From Nitrospirota bacterium (lineage in GTDB: Bacteria; Nitrospirota; UBA9217), in contig CAVUCU010000003.1 of NCBI GenBank assembly GCA_963740085.1, positions 32,001-96,000 on the forward strand: DNA of 64,000 bases, given 5' to 3'. The translations under genes and the position numbers were made by a program. Each line of letters opens with the position of its first letter. Positions within the stretch are counted from its first letter, which is position 1. This document shows positions 1-9,937 of this stretch, in pieces. The notes beneath the pieces are model-generated. The model was given only the letters and a program-made list of their open reading frames with translations, was not told the DNA's origin and made no database searches.

Positions 1-891
1 GTCTACCTGCTCGATGAAAAACAGGAAAATCTCGACCTTGTCTTCAACCGCGGACTCGACGTTCATGGCAAGATCGCCCTGCGGATCGGCGAAGGAACAC
101 CCGGAAGAATCGCGGAGAACGGCGAGCACGTTCATATCCACGACCTTTCGGTGTTCTATGAAACTTTCAATGACTTTGTCCACATTCCGGGTGAGGAAAA
201 GCTCAATGGATCGTACATTGGTATTGCGCTCAAGGCGCACAATACGACTATCGGCGTCATCGGCATGGACAGTTCGGCCAAGTACGGGCTGAGCGTGGAC
301 GACATGGATTTCATGGCCATCCTTTCATACCAGCTGGCCGCCGGCATCGAGAAGTCCCTCCTCTTCGATAAAATTCAGCGGCTGTCACAGAAGGACGGGC
401 TCACCGGCCTCTATAACCACCGGATGTTTGTTGAAAAGCTTGACCAGGAGATCAAGAGAATGCAGAGGACCGGGAAAACGCTCTCGCTCTTGATGCTCGA
501 TATCGACCACTTCAAACAGTTCAACGACGACTTCGGCCACCAGGTAGGCGATGCCGTGCTGAAAGAGCATGCAATGATCATGCTGGCGCAGAGCAGAAGC
601 CATAGCATCGATATCTGCTGCCGTTACGGTGGGGATGAATTCGCCATCATCATGCCCGAGTTGGAGCTCCAGAACGCGATCGCCGTAGCCGAACGGCTCA
701 GAAAAGCGGTGGAACACCATATGTTTCCGATCAATGATAATAAACGGGAAGGCAAAGTTACCATCAGCGTCGGGGTTGCCGCTTTCAAGAGCGGAGAAGA
801 ACTTACCCCCGAGAAGCTCACGAAAAAATCCGATGATGCGCTTTATGACTCAAAAAGAAACGGGAGAAATCGGGTAAGTTCCAGCCGGTAG
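1..891 (+). CDS. GAF + GGDEF diguanylate cyclase (5' truncated by window edge)
   Basis: Frame open from base 1 (VYLLDEKQENLDL...GEGTPGRIA, GAF-like); DGLTGLYNHR, LDIDHFKQFND and intact RYGGDEF; canonical RxxD I-site appears altered (RSHSID). Confidence 0.9.
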   Translation, partial: VYLLDEKQENLDLVFNRGLDVHGKIALRIGEGTPGRIAENGEHVHIHDLSVFYETFNDFVHIPGEEKLNGSYIGIALKAHNTTIGVIGMDSSAKYGLSVDDMDFMAILSYQLAAGIEKSLLFDKIQRLSQKDGLTGLYNHRMFVEKLDQEIKRMQRTGKTLSLLMLDIDHFKQFNDDFGHQVGDAVLKEHAMIMLAQSRSHSIDICCRYGGDEFAIIMPELELQNAIAVAERLRKAVEHHMFPINDNKREGKVTISVGVAAFKSGEELTPEKLTKKSDDALYDSKRNGRNRVSSSR

Positions 892-921
892 GGAATAAAA
901 GTATCTTTTCGCAAAGAAAGA

Positions 922-1101
922 ATGGAGCTAAATTTCGGCACAAAGCTCTCTGACGCAAAGAAAAAAGAAGCATGGGTATATGCGCAGCAATGGATTGACG
1001 CGGGCAGGATTCCCGCGCAACAGGACATCATCTCCAGGATCATTGTGACAGAACCCGACCTCACCGTTACCGACCCAACCTCTTTTTCAGATGTTCCATA
1101 A
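922..1101 (+). CDS. possible 59-aa hypothetical protein (MELNFGTKLSDAKKKEAW...)
   Basis: ATG-TAA ORF filling the gap after the cyclase; below ORF-track cutoff; overlaps end of convergent gene; no recognisable motif. Confidence 0.25.
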   Translation: MELNFGTKLSDAKKKEAWVYAQQWIDAGRIPAQQDIISRIIVTEPDLTVTDPTSFSDVP

Positions 1102-1849
1102 ATCCAGCCGCCCGCTGCCGGGCCGCGCTGTCCTTTTCCATATTCATATACGTACGAGCATACTGCATCGCCATGTCGTACTTTCCCGCCTGATCCAGGG
1201 CCAGGGCCGCGTTCCAGTATCGAGGCGCGACTTCCGGCTGCTGTTCGATCGCCTTTAAAAAATACTGGGCCGCTTTTTCATACTCTTTTTTCATCATCAT
1301 AACCTGTCCCATGGTATTGAGCGCCTGAGGCATATTGGGGTCCGAGGAAAGCGCCGTCTGAGCAACCGAGACGGCCTGTTCATATCGCCCTGTCTGCAGC
1401 AGCGCGATCGACAAATTGTTCAGGAGGCTGGCGTCATTGGGCGCGTGGCGCAATCCCGTCTGCCAGGCGGAAATGGCGTCATCCATGCGATTCATCCTGA
1501 AATAGACCACCCCGATCTCTCGGTACAGATCGCGCAAGGGAACGCTGCCGTCGTCCTTCAAGGCAAGAACGGTATTGAATTCCTGAAGCGCCTCTTGAAG
1601 ACGGCCCACCGTGGAGAGCGCCTGGCCGTAATTTTCATGGGCACGGCGCTTGTTCGGAGAGGTTTTTGTAATGTTCCCCCAGAGGGTTATAAAATCATGA
1701 TAGATGCTGTTTCTCTGATACGCGGTCGCTGCAAGGGCGCAGATAATGACAATGGAGAGCGCCAGCATTGTGATCGAGAGGCCGGCTGGTTCTTCAATTA
1801 CTGCCGTTCTTGACGGATTTATTGTTTTATCCCTTTTCGTTCTCTTCAT
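1067..1849 (-). CDS. membrane-anchored tetratricopeptide-repeat protein
   Basis: N-terminal hydrophobic helix followed by several TPR-like repeats (AHENYGQAL, LNNLSIALLQTGRYEQA, ALNTMGQVM). Confidence 0.8.
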   Translation of the reverse strand: MKRTKRDKTINPSRTAVIEEPAGLSITMLALSIVIICALAATAYQRNSIYHDFITLWGNITKTSPNKRRAHENYGQALSTVGRLQEALQEFNTVLALKDDGSVPLRDLYREIGVVYFRMNRMDDAISAWQTGLRHAPNDASLLNNLSIALLQTGRYEQAVSVAQTALSSDPNMPQALNTMGQVMMMKKEYEKAAQYFLKAIEQQPEVAPRYWNAALALDQAGKYDMAMQYARTYMNMEKDSAARQRAAGFMEHLKKRLGR

Positions 1850-1983
1850 GGCACTATACTAGTATCCTCTCATCTTCGATGTCAAGAAAAATGGTAACTG
1901 TTCACGCATAGAGACAGACGGCTGAAGTAGAGATGCTTGAGGTTCTCTGAAACCTTCTCCCTCCAAGCTGTAGTTATAATGGA

Positions 1984-3099
1984 TCAATGTCTTTTATGAA
2001 CTCCTCCGGGTCCATCCGGGTACTCGTTCATCCGTTCCACGACCGCTCCCGGATAATAGTGCGACAGGATCGATTTGAAGTCATGGCCTTGCTCTGCCAT
2101 TTCCTTCGCGCCCCACTGACAGAGCCCCACACCGTGTCCCCTGCCCCTGCCCGAAAATACCGCCTCCCCCTCAGACAGCTCCAGCTCAAAAAAAACGCTC
2201 GGAATCTCCGTGTTGCCGAGGGCCGCCCGAAGGGTCTCGGCCGGAACAGTTGTTGTGCCGCTCGCCGAGATAATGGTGACATCCTTGACCCTTCCTGCCG
2301 GAGTGATGCCGGCTATGCTCATGTTCGAAATATGGTCAATGCGATATCCCTGACGCCTCAGCGCATCGGAAACATGGGACACGCTCACCCGCTTTTCCCA
2401 AAGCCCATCCTTGATGATACCCTGACACTCGCAGTCAACCCCCTTGAGATAGGGCGCATCAATGCCCCACATCAGAGAGGCATTCTCGGTGTGCCCTCCG
2501 CAGTTGGCGTGATAGAAGGCCGGGATCACCTTCCCCTGATAGGTAAGAATAAGCCCCTTGGTCTCCGTTACAGCCCGCACCGAGTTTACCTGCTCGCCAT
2601 TAACCCCGTTGTATACCTGGCTCGTGACCGTAGCGAGAATATGGTATGGCCTTTTCCCCGCCGTTCGTTTTTCGTAGAGCGCGTAGGTCCGCGATGCCAC
2701 CGCCTGGGCCTTCAGCGCTTCGAGCTCCCAATCGGGCGGGACCTCAGCCGCGATCACTCCCCTGAGATACTCCTCAAGGTCAAGATCGTTGACTACCAGG
2801 AGAAGCCCGCTCTTTTTCTTTCTGAGTTCCACCCAGCCCCGGTAACGCCTCCCGTTCACCCGCGTGATCCCGTCAGTTGACCTGACCCGCACCGGCTTTC
2901 CTCCGACCGACCCGGGTGTGAAGCGCAGTAACTTCTCATGGGTATCCGACGGTGCCCCTGCGATGAGCAGGCCTGTCGAGGATTTGAGCGAAACGGTCCT
3001 TTGGTTGTCGGCAATTGCGACACGGATATTTTCTGAGCCGGAAGCGGGCAGCGTGGATATCACGATGACCGCGATACCGAACAGGATGGAATATTTCAC
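1984..3099 (-). CDS. SpoIID/LytB domain protein
   Basis: LEEYLRGVIAAEVP, EALKAQAVASRTYA, SQVY, GRGHGVGLCQWGA motifs. Confidence 0.9.
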   Translation of the reverse strand: MKYSILFGIAVIVISTLPASGSENIRVAIADNQRTVSLKSSTGLLIAGAPSDTHEKLLRFTPGSVGGKPVRVRSTDGITRVNGRRYRGWVELRKKKSGLLLVVNDLDLEEYLRGVIAAEVPPDWELEALKAQAVASRTYALYEKRTAGKRPYHILATVTSQVYNGVNGEQVNSVRAVTETKGLILTYQGKVIPAFYHANCGGHTENASLMWGIDAPYLKGVDCECQGIIKDGLWEKRVSVSHVSDALRRQGYRIDHISNMSIAGITPAGRVKDVTIISASGTTTVPAETLRAALGNTEIPSVFFELELSEGEAVFSGRGRGHGVGLCQWGAKEMAEQGHDFKSILSHYYPGAVVERMNEYPDGPGGVHKRH

Positions 3100-3190
3100 C
3101 TGAAAATGTCTCTCACATTATCTCCTCCCCATCGACGGGGGTGTATTGTCAAGATTTATCCATACGCCGTATTCCCTGAGAACTGAAGGT

Positions 3191-3724
3191 TCACGGGCGT
3201 TTTTGGTATCTTTCTTTTTCGCTGTAGATACAACCGCAGTATTGCTGCCGGTAGAGTCCCATGGCCCTGGACTCCACTATCCCCTCCCGCCAGCCTTTGC
3301 GGAAGTCCTCATAATAGAACTCGACGCCGTGTTCCGATGCCATCTCTTGGGCAATTCCTTTGATCAGGTCATGCTTTTGATACTTGCTGTAAAGAAGCGA
3401 CGTGGTGAACACCCCAACCCTCTTCTCCCGGGCGGCAACGGCCGCGGCATCCAGTCTCATCCGGTAGCAATGCTCACACCTCTGGGCGCCTTTGCCCGCG
3501 ATGCGGAGAAGGAAAGAATCGAGGTCGTAGCCGTCCCGGTAATGAACGGTGACACCCACGCGCGAGGAGAATTCCCTGACCGTATCAAGTCTTTTTTTGT
3601 ATTCCAGATAGGGATGGATGTTCGGATTATAAAAATATCCTGTGGGATTGAATCCTTCTTCCTTCAGCCTGAAATAGGGATAGAGTGCGCAGGGTGCGCA
3701 GCAGATATGGAGGAATATGTTCAT
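3191..3724 (-). CDS. queH: epoxyqueuosine reductase QueH
   Basis: LHICCAPC, YFYNPNIHP, CxxC, YRQQYCGCIYS; start moved to MNIFLH. Confidence 0.9.
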   Translation of the reverse strand: MNIFLHICCAPCALYPYFRLKEEGFNPTGYFYNPNIHPYLEYKKRLDTVREFSSRVGVTVHYRDGYDLDSFLLRIAGKGAQRCEHCYRMRLDAAAVAAREKRVGVFTTSLLYSKYQKHDLIKGIAQEMASEHGVEFYYEDFRKGWREGIVESRAMGLYRQQYCGCIYSEKERYQKRP

Positions 3725-3835
3725 TGATTCAGACTCCCCGTACACTGATAACAATAGAGAAGGCGAACAGAAAAAAACAAAACAGAGTCATTTCCCATAC
3801 GACTCTTGTCGATCATTTATTCTCCGCCCGTCTCT

Positions 3836-4855
3836 CTACAACAACCGTTCCTGATTGGATGCGGGCTTTTTCCTGCCAAAATATTCATAGGCATGGCGCG
3901 TTGCCTGTCTGCCCCGGGGAGTACGGTCGAGAAAGCCTTCCTGTATCAGAAAAGGCTCGTACACATCCTCCAGCGTGTCTTTTTCTTCGCTCAGCGCTGC
4001 TGCAAGGGTATCGAGGCCTACCGGTCCTCCTTCGAACTTCTCGATGATCGTCAGGAGAAGCCTCCGGTCCATATGATCAAGCCCTTTTTCATCCACTTGA
4101 AGCCGGGTCATGGAGCTCTCGACCAGTTCCTTCGTGATCCCTCCGTCACCCTCCACCTGTGCGAAATCCCTCACCCTCCGAAGCAGGCGATTGACGATCC
4201 GCGGCGTACCCCGGGAGCGGCGCGCTATCTCGGAGGCCGCCGCAGCATCGATCTTCGTTCGCATGAGGCCCGCCGAACGCTGGACAATGGTCGTCAGCTC
4301 GTCGGGAGAATAGAAGGCGAGCCGGTCGATAACCCCGAATCGGTCCCTGAGCGGTGACGTCAGGAGACCGGTCCTCGTGGTCGCCCCCACAAGCGTAAAG
4401 TTCGGCAAATCGAGCTTGATGGAACGCGCCCCGGGTCCCTGGCCGATGATGATGTCGAGTTGAAAATCCTCCATTGCAGGATACAGGATTTCTTCGACCA
4501 CCCGGTTCAGCCGGTGTATCTCGTCGATGAAAAGGACATCCCGCTCCTGGAGATTCGTCAGGATCGCGGCCAGGTCGCCGGCTCGTTCGAGCACCGGGCC
4601 GGAGGTGGACCTGATGTTCACGCCCAACTCATGTGCGATAATGTTCGCGAGCGTGGTCTTGCCGAGCCCCGGGGGTCCGCAGAACAGCACGTGATCGAGC
4701 GCCTCACCCCTGCCCTTGGCCGCATCGATAAATACCCGCAGGTTCTCCTTGATCCTGTCCTGGCCCACAAAATCCTCGAAGCGGACCGGTCTCAGGCTCC
4801 TGTCGAGCTGCACATCGTCGTCGTTCTGTTCGGGTTCTATGATCCGTTCGGGCAA
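3836..4855 (-). CDS. ruvB: Holliday junction branch migration helicase RuvB
   Basis: [38 protein letters not shown]. Confidence 0.97.
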   Translation of the reverse strand: MPERIIEPEQNDDDVQLDRSLRPVRFEDFVGQDRIKENLRVFIDAAKGRGEALDHVLFCGPPGLGKTTLANIIAHELGVNIRSTSGPVLERAGDLAAILTNLQERDVLFIDEIHRLNRVVEEILYPAMEDFQLDIIIGQGPGARSIKLDLPNFTLVGATTRTGLLTSPLRDRFGVIDRLAFYSPDELTTIVQRSAGLMRTKIDAAAASEIARRSRGTPRIVNRLLRRVRDFAQVEGDGGITKELVESSMTRLQVDEKGLDHMDRRLLLTIIEKFEGGPVGLDTLAAALSEEKDTLEDVYEPFLIQEGFLDRTPRGRQATRHAYEYFGRKKPASNQERLL

Positions 4856-4893
4856 TGTTGACCTCAGACTACTAAGTTATCTGTTTTCCGCCA

Positions 4894-5496
4894 CTATCGT
4901 ATCTGCAATCGGGACAGGGCTTCCCGGATCAGTTCTTCGACGGTAATGCCCGGACGGCCATGTCCGATCTTTTTGACCGCTTCTTCAGCTTGGGGTTTCT
5001 TATATCCCAGGTTCATCAGCGCCGATATCACGTCTTTGACATCATCAGACACGATATCCGCCTCCGGCAAAGGAGCCGGAATCATCGGCATGATCAACTT
5101 CATCTTGTCTTTCAGTTCAAGGACCATACGCGCCGCGGTCTTTTTCCCGATGCCGGGGACCGTGCTGAGCAGGGAATCATCGGAGGACTGAATAGCGCGC
5201 GAAAGGTCCCGGACAGAGAGGCTGGAAAGGATCACAAGCGCAAGTTTGGGACCGATGCCGGACACGCCCAGGAGGAGCAAGAACATGTCCTTCTCCACCT
5301 CGGTAAAAAAACCGAACAGGGAAAGCGAGTCTTCACGCAGATGGGTATGAATATGGAGGCTGACGTCCTCTCCTTCATCAGGGATGCCGGAATACGTCGA
5401 GAGCGGCACAAAGACCTGATAGCCGACACCGGAGACATCGATGATCAAATAGTCGGCGGCCTTGTGCCTGAGCCTTCCTGAAAGCCATGCGATCAT
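4894..5496 (-). CDS. ruvA: Holliday junction branch migration protein RuvA
   Basis: MIAWLSG, GVGY, GVSGIGPKLA, PGIGKKTAARMVLELKDK; between ruvC and ruvB. Confidence 0.95.
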   Translation of the reverse strand: MIAWLSGRLRHKAADYLIIDVSGVGYQVFVPLSTYSGIPDEGEDVSLHIHTHLREDSLSLFGFFTEVEKDMFLLLLGVSGIGPKLALVILSSLSVRDLSRAIQSSDDSLLSTVPGIGKKTAARMVLELKDKMKLIMPMIPAPLPEADIVSDDVKDVISALMNLGYKKPQAEEAVKKIGHGRPGITVEELIREALSRLQIR

Positions 5497-5500
5497 GCTA

Positions 5501-6064
5501 TCAGACCTGCGTCCTGCGGGTACCGGCATTCCTGAAGCCACTCACACTCCTCACCGGCTGCCGCAGGGAAGACGAGTTTTTGAGGATTTCCCTGAGCCTC
5601 GAAGCGTGGATATGACAGATCGCGGCGGCAAGCGCGTCGGCTGCGTCGGCGGGATGGGGAACCTTGGGGAGATCGAGCAGGGTCTTGACCATAATCTGCA
5701 CCTGTTTTTTTTCGGCTTTCCCGTTTCCCACCACTGCCTGCTTGACCTCGAGCGGGGCGTATTCGAACACCGGCAATCCGGCATTCATGGCCGCGAGAAT
5801 CGCGACACCTCGCGCGTGCCCGAGCTTGAGCGCGGATTTGATATTCTTTGAGACGAACAGGTCCTCAACCACGACCATCTGCGGCCGGTACTTGTCAATG
5901 ATCTTCTCAAGCTCTTCATAGATCTTTTTGAGCCGCTGGGGAAAAGGCTGTTTTGCCGAAGGGCTGATGCCTCCCGAAACCACGTGGAACAACTTATGGT
6001 CCTCTTCCATTACGATCCCGTAACCGGTCGTCAACGTCCCCGGATCGATCCCCAGCACCCTCAT
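5501..6064 (-). CDS. ruvC: crossover junction endodeoxyribonuclease RuvC
   Basis: MRVLGIDPG, LGHARGV, EYAP..VKQAVVG.GKAEKKQV, DAADALA. Confidence 0.96.
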   Translation of the reverse strand: MRVLGIDPGTLTTGYGIVMEEDHKLFHVVSGGISPSAKQPFPQRLKKIYEELEKIIDKYRPQMVVVEDLFVSKNIKSALKLGHARGVAILAAMNAGLPVFEYAPLEVKQAVVGNGKAEKKQVQIMVKTLLDLPKVPHPADAADALAAAICHIHASRLREILKNSSSLRQPVRSVSGFRNAGTRRTQV

Positions 6065-6151
6065 ACGCTCTCCCCCTGCTAGTGATTAATAAAACTGACC
6101 GCGCGAGATCGGGGAATTGTCCGGATCTCTCAGTTTCTCAATCACGATTCT

Positions 6152-6895
6152 CTAGTTCGCGTTCAATATCTCTTCCGGTATGTCAAAGTTGGCATACACA
6201 TTCTGGACGTCGTCATTATCCTCAAGCGTCTCGACCAGCCGCAGCATTTGCTGGGCTTCCTTGCCGTCAAGCTTCACGTAGGTCTGCGGGATCATGGTGA
6301 TCTCGGCAAGTTCCGGGGAAACGCCTGCATCTTCTAGCGCCTTCCGCACCTTTTCGAAATCATTTGGAGCCGTCGTGACCACGAAATTATCGTCTTCAGG
6401 CTGCATGTCCTCGGCCCCTGCGTCGAGGGCAAGCGTCATAAGCTTGTCCTCGTCGACCTTGGCGCGGCTTACCACAAGATACCCCTTCTTGTGGAACATC
6501 CAGGAGACACAGCCTGCCTCGCCCATATTTCCGCCGGCCTTGCTGAAGATATTGCGGATCTCGGAAACGGTCCTGTTCCGGTTGTCGGTCATGGACTCGA
6601 CAATGACCGCCACGCCGCCCGGTCCGTATCCCTCGTAGATTATCTCTTCGTACGAGACCCCCGGGAGTTCACCCGTGCCTTTCTGGATCGCGCGCTTGAT
6701 ATTCTCGGCCGGCAGGCTGATCGCTTTCGCCTTGGCCACCGCGGTCCTGAGACGCGGGTTCCCGTTGGGATCGCCGCCGCCCAGTCTGGCAGCCACGGTG
6801 ATCTCTTTCCCGATCTTCGTAAAGCTCTTTCCGCGCTTTGCATCGGTCGCGGCTTTCTTGTGCTTCGTTGTCGCCCACTTTGAATGACCTGACAT
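6152..6895 (-). CDS. yebC: YebC/PmpR family protein
   Basis: [35 protein letters not shown]; typical position upstream of ruvC. Confidence 0.95.
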   Translation of the reverse strand: MSGHSKWATTKHKKAATDAKRGKSFTKIGKEITVAARLGGGDPNGNPRLRTAVAKAKAISLPAENIKRAIQKGTGELPGVSYEEIIYEGYGPGGVAVIVESMTDNRNRTVSEIRNIFSKAGGNMGEAGCVSWMFHKKGYLVVSRAKVDEDKLMTLALDAGAEDMQPEDDNFVVTTAPNDFEKVRKALEDAGVSPELAEITMIPQTYVKLDGKEAQQMLRLVETLEDNDDVQNVYANFDIPEEILNAN

Positions 6896-6919
6896 GAAAC
6901 CTCCGTGCCCAATAAATTA

Positions 6920-7001
6920 TTGAAAGTTGAAGATTGGAAATTGGAGATTTTAAATTTTATTCAATTTTCACTTTTCAATTTCCAATTTAAAATTTTCAAT
7001 T
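6920..7001. repeat. AT-rich heptamer-built inverted repeat
   Basis: TTGAAAG/TTGAAGA/TTGGAAA/TTGGAGA arm followed by complementary TTTTCAC/TTTTCAA/TTTCCAA arm. Confidence 0.7.
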
Positions 7002-7021
7002 CGTCGCAATGTGACGTTCCG

Positions 7022-8023
7022 CTACTCGTTCTCCATCTCTTCCTTGAGTTTCGTGAAGATCATCCGTCCCGCCGCTGTCTGGAGCACGCTCGTGACCGCC
7101 ACATCCACGTTCTTGTTGATGTGCTTGCGGCCGTTCTCGACCACGATCATCGTGCCGTCGTCAAGATAGGCCACTCCCTGGCCCAGTTCCTTGCCCTCTT
7201 TGAGAACGAACACCCGCATGCTCTCACCCGGGAGCGCCACGGGCTTCACGGCATTTGACAGGTCGTTGATGTTCAATACCTTGACCCCCTGGAGTTCCGC
7301 GACCTTGTTGAGATTGAAATCGTTCGTGATGACCTTGGCGCCGAGCGACTTGGCCAGGGCGATCAGCTTGCTGTCAACTTCCCGGATCTTGGGGAAGTCC
7401 TCTTCAGTGATCCTGACCTCCATGTGGCTCATCTTCTGGATACGGTGCAGGATGTCGAGTCCGCGTCTTCCCCGGGCCCGCTTCAGGGAATCCGAGGAAT
7501 CGGCAATATGCTGGAGTTCGTGCAGGATGAACTGCGGGATAAGGATGGTGCCGTCGAGGAATTCGGTCTCGCACACATCCGCGATCCTCCCGTCGATTAT
7601 CACGCTCGTGTCCATGATCTTTGTATTCTCTTCCGAACCGCCTTTGAAGAGCTTTTTCAAGTTCGCGGGGTTGAACTTCTCACCCTCCCGGATGCCGATG
7701 ACAATGCCGATGTAGCCGAAGAAACCGTTCATGAGCAAAAGAATGAATTGCACGATGCTGCGATCGAGCGGTACGTACTTGAGGGGAGCGGCGATGATGG
7801 TGGCCGACGTCAGGCCGAGGATAAAGCCGAGAATCCCTCCGACAATGACCTTTAATGCGACTCTTCTGAACAGATATTCTGTAAGAATGATCATGATTGC
7901 AACACCGCCCCCGACAACCATACCCTCGATCTTGCTTACCTGATCGTAAAGCTGAGTGGCCTCGTAGTACCCAAGAAGTGTGCATAACAAAACAAACAAT
8001 ATACGGATAAGGATAAGTCCCAT
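7022..8023 (-). CDS. membrane PIN/TRAM domain protein (YacL family)
   Basis: Four N-terminal TM helices; [43 protein letters not shown]; GGAGG SD before ATG 8023. Confidence 0.9.
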   Translation of the reverse strand: MGLILIRILFVLLCTLLGYYEATQLYDQVSKIEGMVVGGGVAIMIILTEYLFRRVALKVIVGGILGFILGLTSATIIAAPLKYVPLDRSIVQFILLLMNGFFGYIGIVIGIREGEKFNPANLKKLFKGGSEENTKIMDTSVIIDGRIADVCETEFLDGTILIPQFILHELQHIADSSDSLKRARGRRGLDILHRIQKMSHMEVRITEEDFPKIREVDSKLIALAKSLGAKVITNDFNLNKVAELQGVKVLNINDLSNAVKPVALPGESMRVFVLKEGKELGQGVAYLDDGTMIVVENGRKHINKNVDVAVTSVLQTAAGRMIFTKLKEEMENE

Positions 8024-8072
8024 CGTTTTCACCTCCTTTATAAATGGAAAATAAAATAAAAATGCGGGTTTT

Positions 8073-8214
8073 GAGGCCCTTGCAACTGATCCCTTCCGTC
8101 ATTCCCGCAGCGACCCTGAGCGGGAACGGGTTCTCGGCGTTTGAAAAACCCCATTGACGGACCTTCGACAGACCCGGGACATTCAGTGATGGTGAACCGT
8201 TTTGCAAGAACCCC
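8073..8214. repeat. composite REP-like palindromic element
   Basis: Closing arms GAGGCCCTTGCAA / TTGCAAGAACCCC; internal CGTCATTCCCGC...GCGGGAA unit also found at 39808. Confidence 0.5.
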
Positions 8215-8264
8215 GTATAACACGTGTCTGCTGATTGAACAGCGCCATCGTTGAGGAAGCGAGG

Positions 8265-9764
8265 CTATTCCGGACGAATGGTAACGAACAGATCTTGACC
8301 CTTCCTTCGGAGAAGGAGCAGCAGCCTTTCTTTGGCCTTTATCTTCGGGGCTATTTTTTTATACTCTTCCAGGGATTCGATATTTTTCTGATTTATCTGG
8401 AGAATGATATCACCGGGCCTGATCCCGGCCTCAAAAAGCTTGCTGCCGGGTTCGATCTTCACGACAACCACGCCTTTTTCGTTTTCCTCAAAACCAAAGC
8501 GGCGCGCGAGATCAGGCGTGATTTCGTGCACGACAAGCCCGGCAAGCGCGTTGCTCTCTTCATCACTGTTCTCTCCTGACTCGTTTTCCTGTGACGACGA
8601 CTCTGCAAGCTTTTTGGGAAGCTCGGCGATGACCACGTCAACCGTGATCTCCTTTTTATTCCGGAGCAGTTTTACCTTCACGTTCGTGTTGATCGGGGTC
8701 TGGGAAACCATGTTCCGGAGATGGCCCGTATCCTCAACCACCCTGCCGTTGTACTGGAGGATCACGTCGCCCTGCCTGATTCCCGCTTTCTCGGCGGGGC
8801 TGCCCTTCATCACACCGCTCACGAGCGCGCCCTTCAGGTCCTTTACACCGAACTCTTCCGCGAGATCGGAGGTCACCTCCTGGATGCTCACGCCGAGCCA
8901 GCCGCGCACCACCTTCTTATACTTGAGGAGACTGTCCATAACCTGTTTTGCCATGCTGCTCGGGACTGCAAATCCGATCCCCTGGTATCCGCCGGTCCTC
9001 GACAGAATGGCGGTATTGATACCGATCAGCTCTCCGCGGGCGTTGATGAGCGCACCGCCCGAGTTTCCGGGATTAATGGCCGCATCGGTCTGGATGAAAT
9101 CTTCGTAGTCCGCGATGCCCACGTTCGCCCTGCCGACAGCGCTGATCACGCCCATGGTCACGGTCTGGTTCAAACCAAAGGGGTTCCCGATCGCAAATAC
9201 GACCTCTCCCACATTCAGTTTGTTGGAATCTCCCCAGGGAAGCGCTGCAAGCCCCTTGACATCGATCTTGATGACCGCGAGATCGGTCTTCGGATCAGCG
9301 CCGATAAGTTTGGCCTTGTAATCCTTTTTATTGGAAAGCAGGACCTTGATCTCCTGGGCCTTCTCGATCACGTGATTGTTCGTAATGATGTAGCCGTCCT
9401 CGGACACAATGACGCCTGACCCCAGGCTCTGCTCCTTGTATTCCTTCGGCAGGTTGGGATGCGGGACCTGGTCGCCGAAGAACCTCCTGAAGAACGGGTC
9501 CTCGAACAGATCAAGGGGCATCTCTTCGTGGGACTTGATCATCCTCGTCGTGGAGATATTCACTACGGAAGGTGTTGCCACTGCAGCAACCTCGGATTGG
9601 GCCTCGGAGAGTTGTGTCAGGATCTCAACGGACTTCGACGATATCTGACTCCTGGCCGGAAGTTGATTCGTGATCTGGAGACGTGAAGACAGCAGCAGAC
9701 CGACAAACACACCGAGCACGAGAATGAACAAGAGTGACACGGTGAATCTTTTCTTATTGATCAT
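8265..9764 (-). CDS. degQ: DegQ/DegP (HtrA) serine protease with two PDZ domains
   Basis: SLGSGVIV, TNNHV, DLAV, IQTDAAINPGNSGGAL, two PDZ-like segments. Confidence 0.93.
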   Translation of the reverse strand: MINKKRFTVSLLFILVLGVFVGLLLSSRLQITNQLPARSQISSKSVEILTQLSEAQSEVAAVATPSVVNISTTRMIKSHEEMPLDLFEDPFFRRFFGDQVPHPNLPKEYKEQSLGSGVIVSEDGYIITNNHVIEKAQEIKVLLSNKKDYKAKLIGADPKTDLAVIKIDVKGLAALPWGDSNKLNVGEVVFAIGNPFGLNQTVTMGVISAVGRANVGIADYEDFIQTDAAINPGNSGGALINARGELIGINTAILSRTGGYQGIGFAVPSSMAKQVMDSLLKYKKVVRGWLGVSIQEVTSDLAEEFGVKDLKGALVSGVMKGSPAEKAGIRQGDVILQYNGRVVEDTGHLRNMVSQTPINTNVKVKLLRNKKEITVDVVIAELPKKLAESSSQENESGENSDEESNALAGLVVHEITPDLARRFGFEENEKGVVVVKIEPGSKLFEAGIRPGDIILQINQKNIESLEEYKKIAPKIKAKERLLLLLRRKGQDLFVTIRPE

Positions 9765-9872
9765 GGGTTTGAATAACCTCCGGATGGCAATCCTGCAAAG
9801 GGGTGAGCCCTTATGAACCAGCGACGCCTATTCTACCAGAAAGATACGAATCTTTTCAAGCCCTTTTTATTA

Positions 9873-9901
9873 TTGACAAAAAACCTGTTGACCTATAATA
9901 T
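9873..9901 (+). promoter_or_regulatory. sigma70-type promoter upstream of bioA
   Basis: TTGACA at 9873 with TATAAT at 15 nt or TAATAT at 17 nt spacing. Confidence 0.5.
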
Positions 9902-9937
9902 TATTTATTGACCTATTCGTGAAAGAAGGGACTTTTT

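Noticed and set aside
8073-8214. Structured leader of the PIN/TRAM gene as a riboswitch or 6S RNA
   Set aside because: Contains CTGAAT and AACCCGT fragments reminiscent of c-di-AMP riboswitches but lacks the rest of the consensus; no symmetric 6S bubble; its stems match REP-like units found elsewhere (39808)
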